63,372 nt of DNA, filler included, from 6 parts of 6 records of this genome joined end to end with filler, not necessarily neighbours in it, one strand, 5' to 3'; counted from the whole stretch's first letter, positions 1 to 9,825 are shown. The notes: generated by a model not told the origin, from the sequence alone. Made by a program: numbers and translations.

Positions 1-1
1 T

Positions 2-136
2 CAATCTGGATACCCAAGAATGAATGCTGAGAGAATGATCTCTAGAAATTCAGGAATTGAAAAAACTGGTGCAAAACTAAGAGCAATGATGCCATGGATT
101 GCAGCAAATAAAATTGTTGACCAAGATAAAAACTAA
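2..136 (+). CDS. ilvC: Ketol-acid reductoisomerase, 3' end (partial)
   Basis: Frame 2 translates to [44 protein letters not shown]. GxxLRxMMPW is the characteristic IlvC C-terminus, and ilvC-deacetylase-dprA is the usual Campylobacterota order. Confidence 0.9.
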   Translation, partial: QSGYPRMNAERMISRNSGIEKTGAKLRAMMPWIAANKIVDQDKN

Positions 137-159
137 TATCTAAAACAAATTTTATATTT

Positions 160-186
160 AAAGAGGTTCTTAATAAGAACTTCTTT
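160..186 (+). terminator. Stem-loop after ilvC, likely intrinsic terminator
   Basis: AAAGAGGTTCTT-AAT-AAGAACTTCTTT, a 12-bp stem with one G-U pair. Confidence 0.65.
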
Positions 187-254
187 ACAATCTTCATTAT
201 CTTTTAATTCTAATATGATTAAAATGAAAACTAAAAACTTAGAAAAGTCAATAG

Positions 255-1355
255 ATGCCACAAAAAAGAAAAATAGATAAAAAACTTCCTAAAAGTAAAA
301 GGGCTAAACAACAAAAATCATCTTTTGTTAATAAATACTTTAGTGTTATAGCTTCTGTCGTATCTGCTTTTCTTTTAGGTATCTTGGTTGGTGGATATTT
401 TTATATCGATTCAAAAGACTTAGAAGTAAAAGTTGCTAAGCTTGATGGACTTACACAAAATCTAGAAAAAGAACTTACTTTTGAAGAGAAAACAAAGTCT
501 ATAAATATTGAATATGCTAAAGACAATGAGATAAAAGTAGACTCTTTAAAAAAGCCAGAGAAAAAAGAACCAGAGTTTCACTATGAAGAACCAGATTATG
601 GAAAAGTTGATGAGGTGGTTCAAGAGGAAAAATCTATTGTCGAAAAGATCGTTCCTAAGGTAAAAGAAAAAGTTACTGAAATCTTTGTACCAAAAGAAAA
701 AGCGGTGAAAAGTGAGAAACCAAAACTAGCTATTATTATTGATGATGTGACTACAAAATCTCAAATAAGAAAAATAAAAAATATTGGATACCCTGTGAAT
801 GTATCACTTCTACCTCCAACAAGTAGACATCCAAACTCTGATAAAATAGCAAAAGATATGGAGTATCATATGATCCATCTTCCACTACAAGCTAGTAGCT
901 TTAAGTATGAAGAGGAAGATACCCTACATGTGGGAGATACACTCTCTAGAATAGAAGAAAAAATAGCAACTCTAAAAGAGATCTACCCAAAAGCAAAATA
1001 TATCAATAACCATACAGGAAGTAAATTTACAGCTGATATTGAAGCGATGGATAAACTTTTTTATGCTTTAAAAAAATATGACTATCATTTTGTAGATAGT
1101 AGAACCACTGCAAAATCAGTAGCCAAAAAACTAGCCAAAAAACATGATCTTCATATATATAGTAGAGATATATTTTTAGATAATAATAAAGATAAACAAT
1201 ATATTCAAAATCAACTTAAACAGGCAATAAAAAAAGCCAAAAGAAATGGACTAGCAATAGCAATAGGACACCCATATAATATAACATTTGAAACACTTAA
1301 AGACTCAACACACCTTTTAGAGGGTCTAGACCTTATCTATATCGACAAGCTATGA
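255..1355 (+). CDS. Divergent polysaccharide deacetylase family protein with N-terminal membrane anchor
   Basis: N-terminal TM helix; motifs LAIIIDD, HLPLQ, NNHTGS, FVDSRT, DIFLDN, AIAIGHP. Confidence 0.9.
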   Translation: MPQKRKIDKKLPKSKRAKQQKSSFVNKYFSVIASVVSAFLLGILVGGYFYIDSKDLEVKVAKLDGLTQNLEKELTFEEKTKSINIEYAKDNEIKVDSLKKPEKKEPEFHYEEPDYGKVDEVVQEEKSIVEKIVPKVKEKVTEIFVPKEKAVKSEKPKLAIIIDDVTTKSQIRKIKNIGYPVNVSLLPPTSRHPNSDKIAKDMEYHMIHLPLQASSFKYEEEDTLHVGDTLSRIEEKIATLKEIYPKAKYINNHTGSKFTADIEAMDKLFYALKKYDYHFVDSRTTAKSVAKKLAKKHDLHIYSRDIFLDNNKDKQYIQNQLKQAIKKAKRNGLAIAIGHPYNITFETLKDSTHLLEGLDLIYIDKL

Positions 1356-2128
1356 TCAAGACAATAGATTTTTATATTAAAGAATTAGACTATATGAAAA
1401 GTTATCCTCCAAAACTTTTTTATATAGGAGATACAGATCTATTACAAAAAAGAAAGATCTCAATAGTAGGAACAAGAAAACCAAACCAATATACCAAACA
1501 ACAAACATACACTTTAGCAAAAGCGTTAAGTGAAAATGGCTTTGTAGTAGTAAGTGGAGCAGCTATGGGTGTAGATGCCATCGCCCATGAAGCAGCAGGG
1601 TCTTCAAATACCATAGGTGTAGCTGGAACTGGTCTTGATATTCGATATCCAGCGGTCAATAAAAAACTTATAGAAGATATTGAAAAAAATGGTTTAATGC
1701 TCAGTCAATTCTTACCAAATACCAGATCAAGAAACTTTCACTTTCCTCTACGAAATGAGCTTATAGTAGCACTTGGAGAAGTATTAATAGTCTCCCAAGC
1801 AGATCTAAAAAGTGGTACAATGCATAGTATAAACTTTGCAAAAGCGATGAAAAAAAAGATCTATGTACTTCCTCAAAGGTTAGGGGAGAGTGAGGGGACA
1901 AATGCTCTTTTAGAAAATAATGAAGCAGAAGCTATTTATGATATTGATGAATTTATCTCAACTTTAACTGGAAAATCAAAAGCTGAAAAAACAAAAGATC
2001 CTATTTTAGAGTATTTCAATTCAAATCCAACCTATGATGAAGCAATGGAAAAATATCCAAATGAAGTATTTGAATATGAGCTTAGTGGGAAAATTGAGAT
2101 TAAGAATGGAATAATTCAAGTTATATAA
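1352..2128 (+). CDS. dprA: DNA-processing protein DprA
   Basis: Motifs ISIVGTR, VVSGAAMGVDAIAH, FPLRNELI, SGT; 4-nt overlap with the upstream gene. Confidence 0.93.
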   Translation: MIKTIDFYIKELDYMKSYPPKLFYIGDTDLLQKRKISIVGTRKPNQYTKQQTYTLAKALSENGFVVVSGAAMGVDAIAHEAAGSSNTIGVAGTGLDIRYPAVNKKLIEDIEKNGLMLSQFLPNTRSRNFHFPLRNELIVALGEVLIVSQADLKSGTMHSINFAKAMKKKIYVLPQRLGESEGTNALLENNEAEAIYDIDEFISTLTGKSKAEKTKDPILEYFNSNPTYDEAMEKYPNEVFEYELSGKIEIKNGIIQVI

Positions 2129-2145
2129 ATATATACATTTGGATA

Positions 2146-2159
2146 TTTTTTAGTATAAT
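2146..2159 (+). promoter_or_regulatory. Putative sigma70-family -10 element for the ATPase-nuclease gene
   Basis: T-tract followed by AG-TATAAT (TATAAT at 2154-2159). The AT-rich context limits specificity. Confidence 0.4.
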
Positions 2160-2231
2160 AAAAATTGAATTTTAAAATTAATATTAGTCTATATGATTTT
2201 GTAAAATATCATATTAATAAAAAGAGTCTAG

Positions 2232-4043
2232 ATGCCAATTGTAACAACCAAACAAATTTTAAAAAAATTACCAGATAATTTTAAATTAACAAGTATATTA
2301 GAAGAAGCTATTACAAATAGTATACAAGCAAATGCAACAGAAGTTAATATATATTTTAAAACTATTACATCAGATCTTTTTGAAGAAAAAAGAAAAGTTA
2401 TAGAATTTAGTGTTATTGATAATGGAGATGGATTTACAGATGATAATATTAATTCATTTAATCATTATCTATCTGATTATAAAGAGCAATTAGGTTGTAA
2501 AGGGATAGGTAGATTTACATATTTAACAATATGTGAAAAAGTGAAGTTTACTAGTTATAATAATGGAACTAATATAAAATTTGATTTTGATTTAGGAATG
2601 GATAAAATTAATTATATCAAATTAGATAATGAAGAATTAGTTGAAAAAACAAAAATAGATTTTATTAATGTACAAAATAGAGAAATTAATACTGACTTTA
2701 AAGATGAAGAAAAAGAGATAATAGGTCATTTTTTGTCTATTTTCAAATTTATGGTAGATGAGAATAAAAATTTATTAATTAAGTCTTTTATAGATGACAA
2801 ATTAGTATCTACGATAGAAGCAAAAACTCATGGTGTAGGTTTTAAAGACGATGATTTTAGTATAACGGTTAATAATAAAAAAGAAAAGTTTATAGTTTCT
2901 TATAAACAAAAGGGTACAACAATTAAAGGTTATTATTGTGCTGATAAAAGAAGTGTTAAACAAGATAGTTTAGGACTAAAATTTAGAACGGCTAAAGATA
3001 AAGGTTTATTATTCTTTGTTAGTTCTAAATTTTTTGATGATAATGTTGATGATACAAGAAATAGTTTTAGTATAAAAGATAAAAACAATGGATTATTTGA
3101 TGAGGCATTGGATTGGGATACTATTAATAGAAAACTTTTTTTAAGTATTGATAATATATGTAAGTCTATTGGTATCGATATCGATGAAAAAACAAAGCAA
3201 AATCAAAAGGAAAGCTTAAGATCTGCACCATATCTAGCTACCTATATAAAAGAAAGTAAAAATAGATCAACAAGTGCAGAAATAATAAAAGAAGCAAAAG
3301 AAAGATTTAATTCTGATAAAGAGTATATTAGAGATATTAGAAATAAAAATAAAGATGACTATGAGCAAAGGTTATATACGAGTAACCAAGCAGAACTTGC
3401 AGAATATATATTTGATAGAGAAAAAATTATAAATGAAATAAAAGAAGATATTGAAAATTTAGATAAAAAATCTAATGAAACAATTATTCATAATAAAATT
3501 ATGAAGACAAAGACAAGTAATAACGACGATCAATCATATAAAGATAATAATCTTTGGCTTTTTGACGAAAGGTTTATGATTTATAATTATGCACATAGTG
3601 ATGATACAATCAATAATATTTTAGGATTAAAAGATAAAGATAAAAATGTTAGACCTGATATATGTATATTTACTAAGAGTAAAAATGATGTAAAAGAAAT
3701 TATTATTATAGAACTTAAGGGAAGTGATGCCACAGGAGAGAAAAATTCTGCAGGAATTAATGAATTAAATAAATATACTAGAAAAATTAAAAATCATTTT
3801 GAACAAAATGGAGAAGAAGTTTTAATTTGGTCATATCTTGTAACAACTTTAAATAAAACAACCAAGGAAGAATTAGAGGATATGTCAGGTATTAAAAAAA
3901 CATACACTACTAAAGGGGAAATGTATTATATTTATAATGAAAAGTTAAATGCAATTACTCATATATTATCGCTAGAAACTATGGTAGAAGATGCATTAAG
4001 TAGAAATCAATTATTTTTAGATATTCTCAGAGGTAATAAGTAA
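2232..4043 (+). CDS. GHKL (HATPase_c/MORC-like) ATPase fused to a C-terminal PD-(D/E)xK-like nuclease domain
   Basis: N box EAITNSIQA, G1 box DNGDGF, G2 box GCKGIGRF; C-terminal NLWLFDERF...RPDICIF...IIIELKG...ELNKY. Confidence 0.75.
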   Translation: MPIVTTKQILKKLPDNFKLTSILEEAITNSIQANATEVNIYFKTITSDLFEEKRKVIEFSVIDNGDGFTDDNINSFNHYLSDYKEQLGCKGIGRFTYLTICEKVKFTSYNNGTNIKFDFDLGMDKINYIKLDNEELVEKTKIDFINVQNREINTDFKDEEKEIIGHFLSIFKFMVDENKNLLIKSFIDDKLVSTIEAKTHGVGFKDDDFSITVNNKKEKFIVSYKQKGTTIKGYYCADKRSVKQDSLGLKFRTAKDKGLLFFVSSKFFDDNVDDTRNSFSIKDKNNGLFDEALDWDTINRKLFLSIDNICKSIGIDIDEKTKQNQKESLRSAPYLATYIKESKNRSTSAEIIKEAKERFNSDKEYIRDIRNKNKDDYEQRLYTSNQAELAEYIFDREKIINEIKEDIENLDKKSNETIIHNKIMKTKTSNNDDQSYKDNNLWLFDERFMIYNYAHSDDTINNILGLKDKDKNVRPDICIFTKSKNDVKEIIIIELKGSDATGEKNSAGINELNKYTRKIKNHFEQNGEEVLIWSYLVTTLNKTTKEELEDMSGIKKTYTTKGEMYYIYNEKLNAITHILSLETMVEDALSRNQLFLDILRGNK

Positions 4044-5616
4044 TGTATTTAGCCACTCTAAATGAATTTGCGTAAATCGTATAAGTATAGGGTACACTTC
4101 CTCCTGTTGGCATAAAACTTCCATCTGTTACAAAAAGATTAGTAAGCTCATGGGCTTTGCAGTGTTTATCTAAAACAGATGTTTTAGGATCATTTCCAAA
4201 TCTACATCCACCAGCTTGAAGATTTTGTGGAGGGTAGGGGGAAATACTTCCATTGATATTTTTAGCTCCCATTTGTTTTAAAAGGGTGATAGTTTTTTTT
4301 GCTAGCTCATCTCCTATTTGTTCATTTTTTGGATGAGATCCTATCCTGATCTTTGCTACAGGGATGCCGTATTTATCTTTATTTGTATTTGATATGGTTA
4401 CAAAACAATCATTGTGTGGTAACCAGTCATTAAATATTTCACAGTCTAGTTTTTTAGTATATAAAAACTTCTTTTCAAGTTTTTTATAAAGAGCTTCTCC
4501 CCATACAAGATTTCCATTATGATCCCATTTTTGGGAGTTGGCTTTTCGTATTGGGTTTGCATGTTCAAATAGAAACTCTACGATACCACCCTTGGTCTTT
4601 TTATCTAAAAAGTACCAGTCTCTAACCACTCGATTTACAAAAAAACCTTCAACTCTTAGATCTTCTAAAGAGATATCTTGTGTTCCATCAAACTCTCCAC
4701 TGATAATTCCACCAGCACTAAATAAAAGGTTTTTCCCAACTTGTCCATTATTATTGGCTAGTCCATTTGGAAAATAACTTGAACGTGAATTTAATAAAAG
4801 TCGTGAGCTTTCTACTGCTTGTGAGGCTAATACAAATATTTTAGCTTTTATAGTTTTTTTCTGGTTTGTTTTTTTATCTAAAAAGAGAGCTTCAGTGACA
4901 TCAGTTTTAGAAGAGTTTAATTGTATCACATAGGCATTATCTATTAAAGTCACATTTCCAGTTTTTAAAGCTGGATTGATAAGAGCTTCACGAGAGCTTC
5001 CTTTTGCTCCACTACTACATCCATAACTTCCACAGTAGTTTGAATAATAGCAGGCATCTCTATCCTCTTTTGTCTTAGAGAGGATTGCTCTTGGAGTGAC
5101 TTGGGAATTTATTCCAAGTTTTGTTGCACTAGAATCAATTAATTGAGAGATAGGGTGTTCAATTGTATCAGTTGTGACTCCTATAACTTTATCTACCTTA
5201 TCATAATATTTTTCTAATTCACTAAACTCAATGGGCCAATCTTCCACATTAGCTCCATCAATTTTCCCAAAAGTAGATTTTAGCTTTAGATCCTCTGGTT
5301 CTAAACGGTGAAAAAATCCACTCATAAAGTTTGATGATCCCCCTACAATATTTCCATTCCAAAAGTCCCAGCCAGATTCTTTTGTGGTATAGCTTTGCCA
5401 TGAACCATTGATATACTCTTCTAGTTCATGGTATTCATCAGCTAAATTTGGAGTGACTATACTTCTTTTTGTATAGGCTATCTCATCTTTTGAAAAATCT
5501 TCCCTTTTATAGTGGTCTCCTTTTTCTAAGACGACTACTTTTTTACCAGCTTTGGAGAGTTCATAGATAATAGGTCCAGCTCCTGCTCCACTTCCTATGA
5601 CACAGATATCATACAT
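4027..5616 (-). CDS. GMC family flavoprotein oxidoreductase (gluconate 2-dehydrogenase alpha-like)
   Basis: FAD-binding start MYDICVIGSGAGAG (ATG at 5616), VGGSS, cysteine cluster CYYSNYCGSYGC, GGCRFG, NLFVTDGSFMP. Confidence 0.88.
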   Translation of the reverse strand: MYDICVIGSGAGAGPIIYELSKAGKKVVVLEKGDHYKREDFSKDEIAYTKRSIVTPNLADEYHELEEYINGSWQSYTTKESGWDFWNGNIVGGSSNFMSGFFHRLEPEDLKLKSTFGKIDGANVEDWPIEFSELEKYYDKVDKVIGVTTDTIEHPISQLIDSSATKLGINSQVTPRAILSKTKEDRDACYYSNYCGSYGCSSGAKGSSREALINPALKTGNVTLIDNAYVIQLNSSKTDVTEALFLDKKTNQKKTIKAKIFVLASQAVESSRLLLNSRSSYFPNGLANNNGQVGKNLLFSAGGIISGEFDGTQDISLEDLRVEGFFVNRVVRDWYFLDKKTKGGIVEFLFEHANPIRKANSQKWDHNGNLVWGEALYKKLEKKFLYTKKLDCEIFNDWLPHNDCFVTISNTNKDKYGIPVAKIRIGSHPKNEQIGDELAKKTITLLKQMGAKNINGSISPYPPQNLQAGGCRFGNDPKTSVLDKHCKAHELTNLFVTDGSFMPTGGSVPYTYTIYANSFRVAKYITYYL

Positions 5617-5617
5617 A

Positions 5618-6088
5618 TTATTTCCCATATTTAGATTTTGGACGAGGAAGTCCAGCATTGTGTTCTAGAGCTTTGTATCCTAGTAGGTTTTTATTTCCAC
5701 CATAGATCGGATCACTTAGCATCCCCTCAAATCCATAATACATTAAAAGAGAAAGCCAGTTTTGATACTCTTTTTCAAATTCTCTTAGAGTCAATTCTTT
5801 TTTCGTATGATCCATAAAAAGATAGTCATTATATCTCTCATAAAGTTTTTTTGCTCCAAAAGTTAAAAAACGAAGATCACTTTTATCAAAATATTTATCA
5901 TCGGCAATAATAGAAATAAAATTTCCCATACCAATTGATTTTGCTCCATAAAAACTCTTTGTTTGCGGAAAAATATGTTCTAAAGTAGCATTGATTATAT
6001 CCCAATGGCTTGGGGTGTTTTTATTTTCTGCATAAATATTCTGAGTAAGTATTGCAGTACAAAAAGTGATAAAAGCTCTTCTATTCAT
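5618..6088 (-). CDS. Gluconate 2-dehydrogenase subunit 3 family protein with Tat-like signal
   Basis: Likely start MNRRAFITF (twin arginine); EGMLSDPIYGGN motif; directly upstream of the GMC flavoprotein. Confidence 0.82.
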   Translation of the reverse strand: MNRRAFITFCTAILTQNIYAENKNTPSHWDIINATLEHIFPQTKSFYGAKSIGMGNFISIIADDKYFDKSDLRFLTFGAKKLYERYNDYLFMDHTKKELTLREFEKEYQNWLSLLMYYGFEGMLSDPIYGGNKNLLGYKALEHNAGLPRPKSKYGK

Positions 6089-6198
6089 AAAGGTGATTGT
6101 AATATATATATCCTTTAAATAGTTTTTTATTTTAAGTTTAGATATATGAAATAACAATACAATCATTATCAATATATCTTATACACAAAGGGTAATGT

Positions 6199-6525
6199 AT
6201 GAAAAAAATACTTTTAGGATCTTTAGTAGCAGTTGCATTTATCATTTTTGGAGCTACAAGTGTAAGTGCCTCTGAGTTTCAATCAGGGATGTTAGTAGCA
6301 AGTGCAGATAAGTGTGGTTCTTCAAAATGTGGTGGAGAGAAAAAGTCTTCATGTGGTTCAGGAAAATGTGGAACTGAGAAAAAAGAGAAATGTGGAAGCT
6401 CTAAATGTGGTGGGGAAAAGCCTGTAGTAAAATGTGGATCTGAGAAAAAAAATAAATGTGGTTCATCAAAATGCGGTGGTGAAGATAAATCTTCTAAATG
6501 TGGTGGAGGAAAATGTGGATCTTAA
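6199..6525 (+). CDS. Secreted Cys-rich KCG-repeat peptide (HvfA-like RiPP/metallophore precursor)
   Basis: Sec-type signal peptide followed by 11 xCG units (10 KCG, 1 SCG), ending GKCGS. Confidence 0.75.
   Translation: MKKILLGSLVAVAFIIFGATSVSASEFQSGMLVASADKCGSSKCGGEKKSSCGSGKCGTEKKEKCGSSKCGGEKPVVKCGSEKKNKCGSSKCGGEDKSSKCGGGKCGS
6310..6522 (+). repeat. Intragenic imperfect tandem repeats encoding KCGSSKCGGE-like units
   Basis: AAATGTGG recurs at the DNA level; KCGSSKCGGE occurs three times in the protein. Confidence 0.8.
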
Positions 6526-8603
6526 TCCACTTCCACCAATTCTACTTCCAAAGATTTAAATAAAGCAGTTTTTGTATTTACATCGCTTTCATCTCCAAAA
6601 ATATAGTTTATATGGGATTTTGCATGATGAAATGAGCAAAATAATGTTTTAGGTTTGATGGTTTTTACAAACTTTATAGTTAAAGGTTTGGTTTCCCCAT
6701 GGACTGTTTTTAATATCACTTTTTCACTTTTTATAAACTCTTTATCTTCATTAGAGGCTAAAAGAGTATCTTCACTATGTTTTTCTTGAAGTTTTGGACT
6801 TTGGATAGTTTGGGCTGCATTATTATAATGTATCAAAATTCTTCCAGTAGTAAGATAAAATTTATCATAACTTCCTTGCTCAACTAGTTTTTTTACCTGA
6901 CCTCTAAGTTGGTAACCATTATATTTAAAGTATCCAAAGCCATCAGTTGTTCTAAACTGTTCAAGATGAAGTCTTGGAGTATCAACTTTTGCTACAGGCC
7001 ATTGCATCCCTTTAGATCTGTGTTTTTCAAGCTTTTTATAACTTGCTCCACCATATCTATAAGGAGCTTCTACTCTTACTTGATTCCATACATCTTTACT
7101 TGTTTCAAATAAAAAATCCCCTTTGATCTTATTTTCAATATCTCTTAAGACTTGCCAGTCATCTGGAAGATCATTTTCCACAAGTGGTTGAGAAAGGTGA
7201 AGTCTTCTCATAGCATTAACATACACACCTGTTTTTTCATAAGCTGACTTAACCCCAAAGACCATATCAGACTTTTTAGCAATCTCAGTCATAAAAAGCT
7301 CTTGAGTTACTAAAAAATCAAGTTTATTTAGCGCACTATTAATCTTATTTTGATTTGGATGAATATGAGCAATATCCTCACCCATTACGATCATCCCTTT
7401 AATCTTATCTTCAAGCATTGCATCTATTAGATCAGGTGTCTTTAGACCTTCCTCTTTAGGTTTTCCATAATCAGGTGCATAGTATGGAAGACATCCCATA
7501 TCACATGTTCCTTGAACATTATTCTGTCCCCGAAGCGGCATAAGTCCAGCTCCAACTTTTCCTATATTTCCAGTTAAAAGTGCAAGAGCAACGATCGCCA
7601 TTACTGCGTAACTCCCATCAATATTTTCAGTGATTCCTAATCCCCAAAAGATCATAGATCTTGAACTCGCATATTTTCTAGCGATCACTGGAATTTGATC
7701 GGCGATATCTTCATACCCTTTGATAGATCTAAAAAATTCAGGATTTGCATAAGGATCATTTAAGATTGATTCTTTATATGCTTCAAAGTCTTTACATCTA
7801 GTATCGATAAACTCTTTATTATAAAGCTCCTCTTTTAAGATCACATAGGCAAGTGAATTTAAAAATAAAAGATTTGATTCATATGGAAGTACCACTTGAT
7901 CACTTGCAAATTTTCCAAGTTGGATATTTCTTACATCACATACTACAAGTTCTGCATTTTTATGTTTTCTAACTGCATCGATCATACGGTTTGCTACAAT
8001 TGGGTGAGCTTCGGTAGTATTTGATCCAATCACTAGCATAAACTCTGTTTCATAGATATCATCATATGGATTAGTAGCTGCACCCTCACCAATAGTAGCT
8101 GCCATACCGTTTAAACTTGGAGCATGACACACTCTAGCACAGTTATCAATATTTGGAGAGTCCATAGTCTCTCTTACAAACTTTTGAAGTAAAAATCCAC
8201 TCTCACATGATGTTCTAGCTCCACCAGTTGCTGCAAAACTATGTCTTCCATATTGCTCTTTAATTTCAGAAAATTTCCAAGCAGCAAGACTAGTTGCATA
8301 CTCATAATCTGCCTCAAACCAATCATGATCAAAGATTTTAAGAGTTCTAGTTCGAGCTTTTAGCTCTCTTGGCATCTTATAATAGATCTTGTTGATAAAA
8401 GACTTCTTTATTCGTACATTTCTTATTCTTTCATCAGAATCAACAAAATCAAAGCCGTATTTTCCTTTGATACAAAGTTTCCCTTGCGATACATACCCAT
8501 CACTTTGGGCGTAGATCTTTTGGATCTTATTATCTTGAACCTGAGCTGTTATATCACATCCTACTCCACAGTATGTACATACTGAACTTATATCATGAAG
8601 CAT
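6522..8603 (-). CDS. Molybdopterin oxidoreductase, formate dehydrogenase alpha-like, cytoplasmic, Cys-ligated
   Basis: [4Fe-4S] motif CTYCGVGC...LCIKG, active-site NCARVCHAPS, LRGQNNVQG, LTTGR; no Tat signal. Confidence 0.88.
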   Translation of the reverse strand: MLHDISSVCTYCGVGCDITAQVQDNKIQKIYAQSDGYVSQGKLCIKGKYGFDFVDSDERIRNVRIKKSFINKIYYKMPRELKARTRTLKIFDHDWFEADYEYATSLAAWKFSEIKEQYGRHSFAATGGARTSCESGFLLQKFVRETMDSPNIDNCARVCHAPSLNGMAATIGEGAATNPYDDIYETEFMLVIGSNTTEAHPIVANRMIDAVRKHKNAELVVCDVRNIQLGKFASDQVVLPYESNLLFLNSLAYVILKEELYNKEFIDTRCKDFEAYKESILNDPYANPEFFRSIKGYEDIADQIPVIARKYASSRSMIFWGLGITENIDGSYAVMAIVALALLTGNIGKVGAGLMPLRGQNNVQGTCDMGCLPYYAPDYGKPKEEGLKTPDLIDAMLEDKIKGMIVMGEDIAHIHPNQNKINSALNKLDFLVTQELFMTEIAKKSDMVFGVKSAYEKTGVYVNAMRRLHLSQPLVENDLPDDWQVLRDIENKIKGDFLFETSKDVWNQVRVEAPYRYGGASYKKLEKHRSKGMQWPVAKVDTPRLHLEQFRTTDGFGYFKYNGYQLRGQVKKLVEQGSYDKFYLTTGRILIHYNNAAQTIQSPKLQEKHSEDTLLASNEDKEFIKSEKVILKTVHGETKPLTIKFVKTIKPKTLFCSFHHAKSHINYIFGDESDVNTKTALFKSLEVELVEVD

Positions 8604-8606
8604 TTA

Positions 8607-8807
8607 TCACCCTCCACCAACAAATTGTAATAGCTCAATCTTATCATTTTCCTTAGGGATAAAATTTCCCCAGTTCTCTTTTTTTACGATCTCCATATTT
8701 ACAGCACACGCCATCACTTTATCTTCTATTTGAAGTTCAACAATGATCTGTTGTAAAGTTGAGTGCTCCGCAACACTTTTCTTTTCACCATTTATAAGTA
8801 GTTCCAT
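8607..8807 (-). CDS. thiS: Sulfur carrier protein ThiS
   Basis: 66 aa, starts MELLINGE, AVN motif, ends IELLQFVGGG. Confidence 0.9.
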   Translation of the reverse strand: MELLINGEKKSVAEHSTLQQIIVELQIEDKVMACAVNMEIVKKENWGNFIPKENDKIELLQFVGGG

Positions 8808-8808
8808 A

Positions 8809-9825
8809 TTATTTCCTAAAATATACCATTTTAAATCTATCTCCCATTCCTGTTGGAGTAAGGAGAGTTTTTGCCTTATTAGCTTCTCTTAAATAAGTGG
8901 TTTCATCCACATTCTTTTGTAAAATTTCTAAAAGCTCAATAATACCAAATTCAACTAATGCTTTTAACTGAGTTGTAAAATCTATTTTTTCTGCTCCAGC
9001 ATTTTTAAAGCTATCTATGACATGTGAAAAATGAACATCATAAGTGATATCTGAAGTTTTAAATAGTGATTGTAGATCCACATTTTCTTCAAAGATTGGA
9101 TATACATTGTGTTTAGCATAGATTCTACATGAAAAATCATTTCTAGGATAAAGATCCCCATAATCAAAAGAGATAAACTCAAAGTTTTCTACATTAGCAC
9201 ATAAAGTCCTAGCAAACTCTTCATACCCAACAGCAACTTCCCCTTTTGTGATCTTGTATTTTTCACAATGCTCTTTTAGAGTTAGCTTAGTAATATCTTC
9301 AAATGATATAGTATTATTTTGTACAACAGCATACTGTAGTTGATCCTCTTTATTTGTATAAACAAGTTCACAAGGAAAAGCATCAAATATCTCATTTGCA
9401 ACTATAAATGCATTCTTAAGTTTAAGTTCACTGATATCATTATAGTGAGTAAGTGTAATTGTATCACCAAAAGAATCTTGAAAATACTCTTGCTGTTTTT
9501 TTTGAAGATGTTCAAATCTTTCCACTATAGCAAAGTTTAGACTCCCAATTAGTTCAGGTTTTAAAGTATATATAAATTGAATGATATCAGCAAGAAGATA
9601 TCCATGGTGTGCTCCAATCTCTACGATTGTAGTATCTTTTGGTAGGTTTCCTTCCTTTATACTATCAATGATCTTTTTCCCAATTGAGCCACCAAAAAAA
9701 CTACTTGTACTTACAGCAGTAAAAAAATCTCCCTCTTTCCCTATTTGTTTATAGTTTGCATAGTAACCATCTTCTCCATAAAGCCAGTCAGCAAAATAGT
9801 TACTAAATTGAATAGGTTTATCCAT
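8809..9825 (-). CDS. SAM-dependent methyltransferase, MidA/NDUFAF7 family
   Basis: Motifs LY..GYY, GDFFTA, VEIGAHHG, NEIFDAFP, DYG, DITYDVHF, MGDRFK. Confidence 0.88.
   Translation of the reverse strand: MDKPIQFSNYFADWLYGEDGYYANYKQIGKEGDFFTAVSTSSFFGGSIGKKIIDSIKEGNLPKDTTIVEIGAHHGYLLADIIQFIYTLKPELIGSLNFAIVERFEHLQKKQQEYFQDSFGDTITLTHYNDISELKLKNAFIVANEIFDAFPCELVYTNKEDQLQYAVVQNNTISFEDITKLTLKEHCEKYKITKGEVAVGYEEFARTLCANVENFEFISFDYGDLYPRNDFSCRIYAKHNVYPIFEENVDLQSLFKTSDITYDVHFSHVIDSFKNAGAEKIDFTTQLKALVEFGIIELLEILQKNVDETTYLREANKAKTLLTPTGMGDRFKMVYFRK

Noticed and set aside
6310..6522. Short direct repeats as a possible CRISPR array
   Set aside because: The repeats are in-frame coding units, degenerate at third positions, with no unique spacers and no cas genes
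6522..8603. Selenocysteine-containing formate dehydrogenase
   Set aside because: The active-site position is an ordinary Cys (ARVCH) and the ORF has no in-frame TGA
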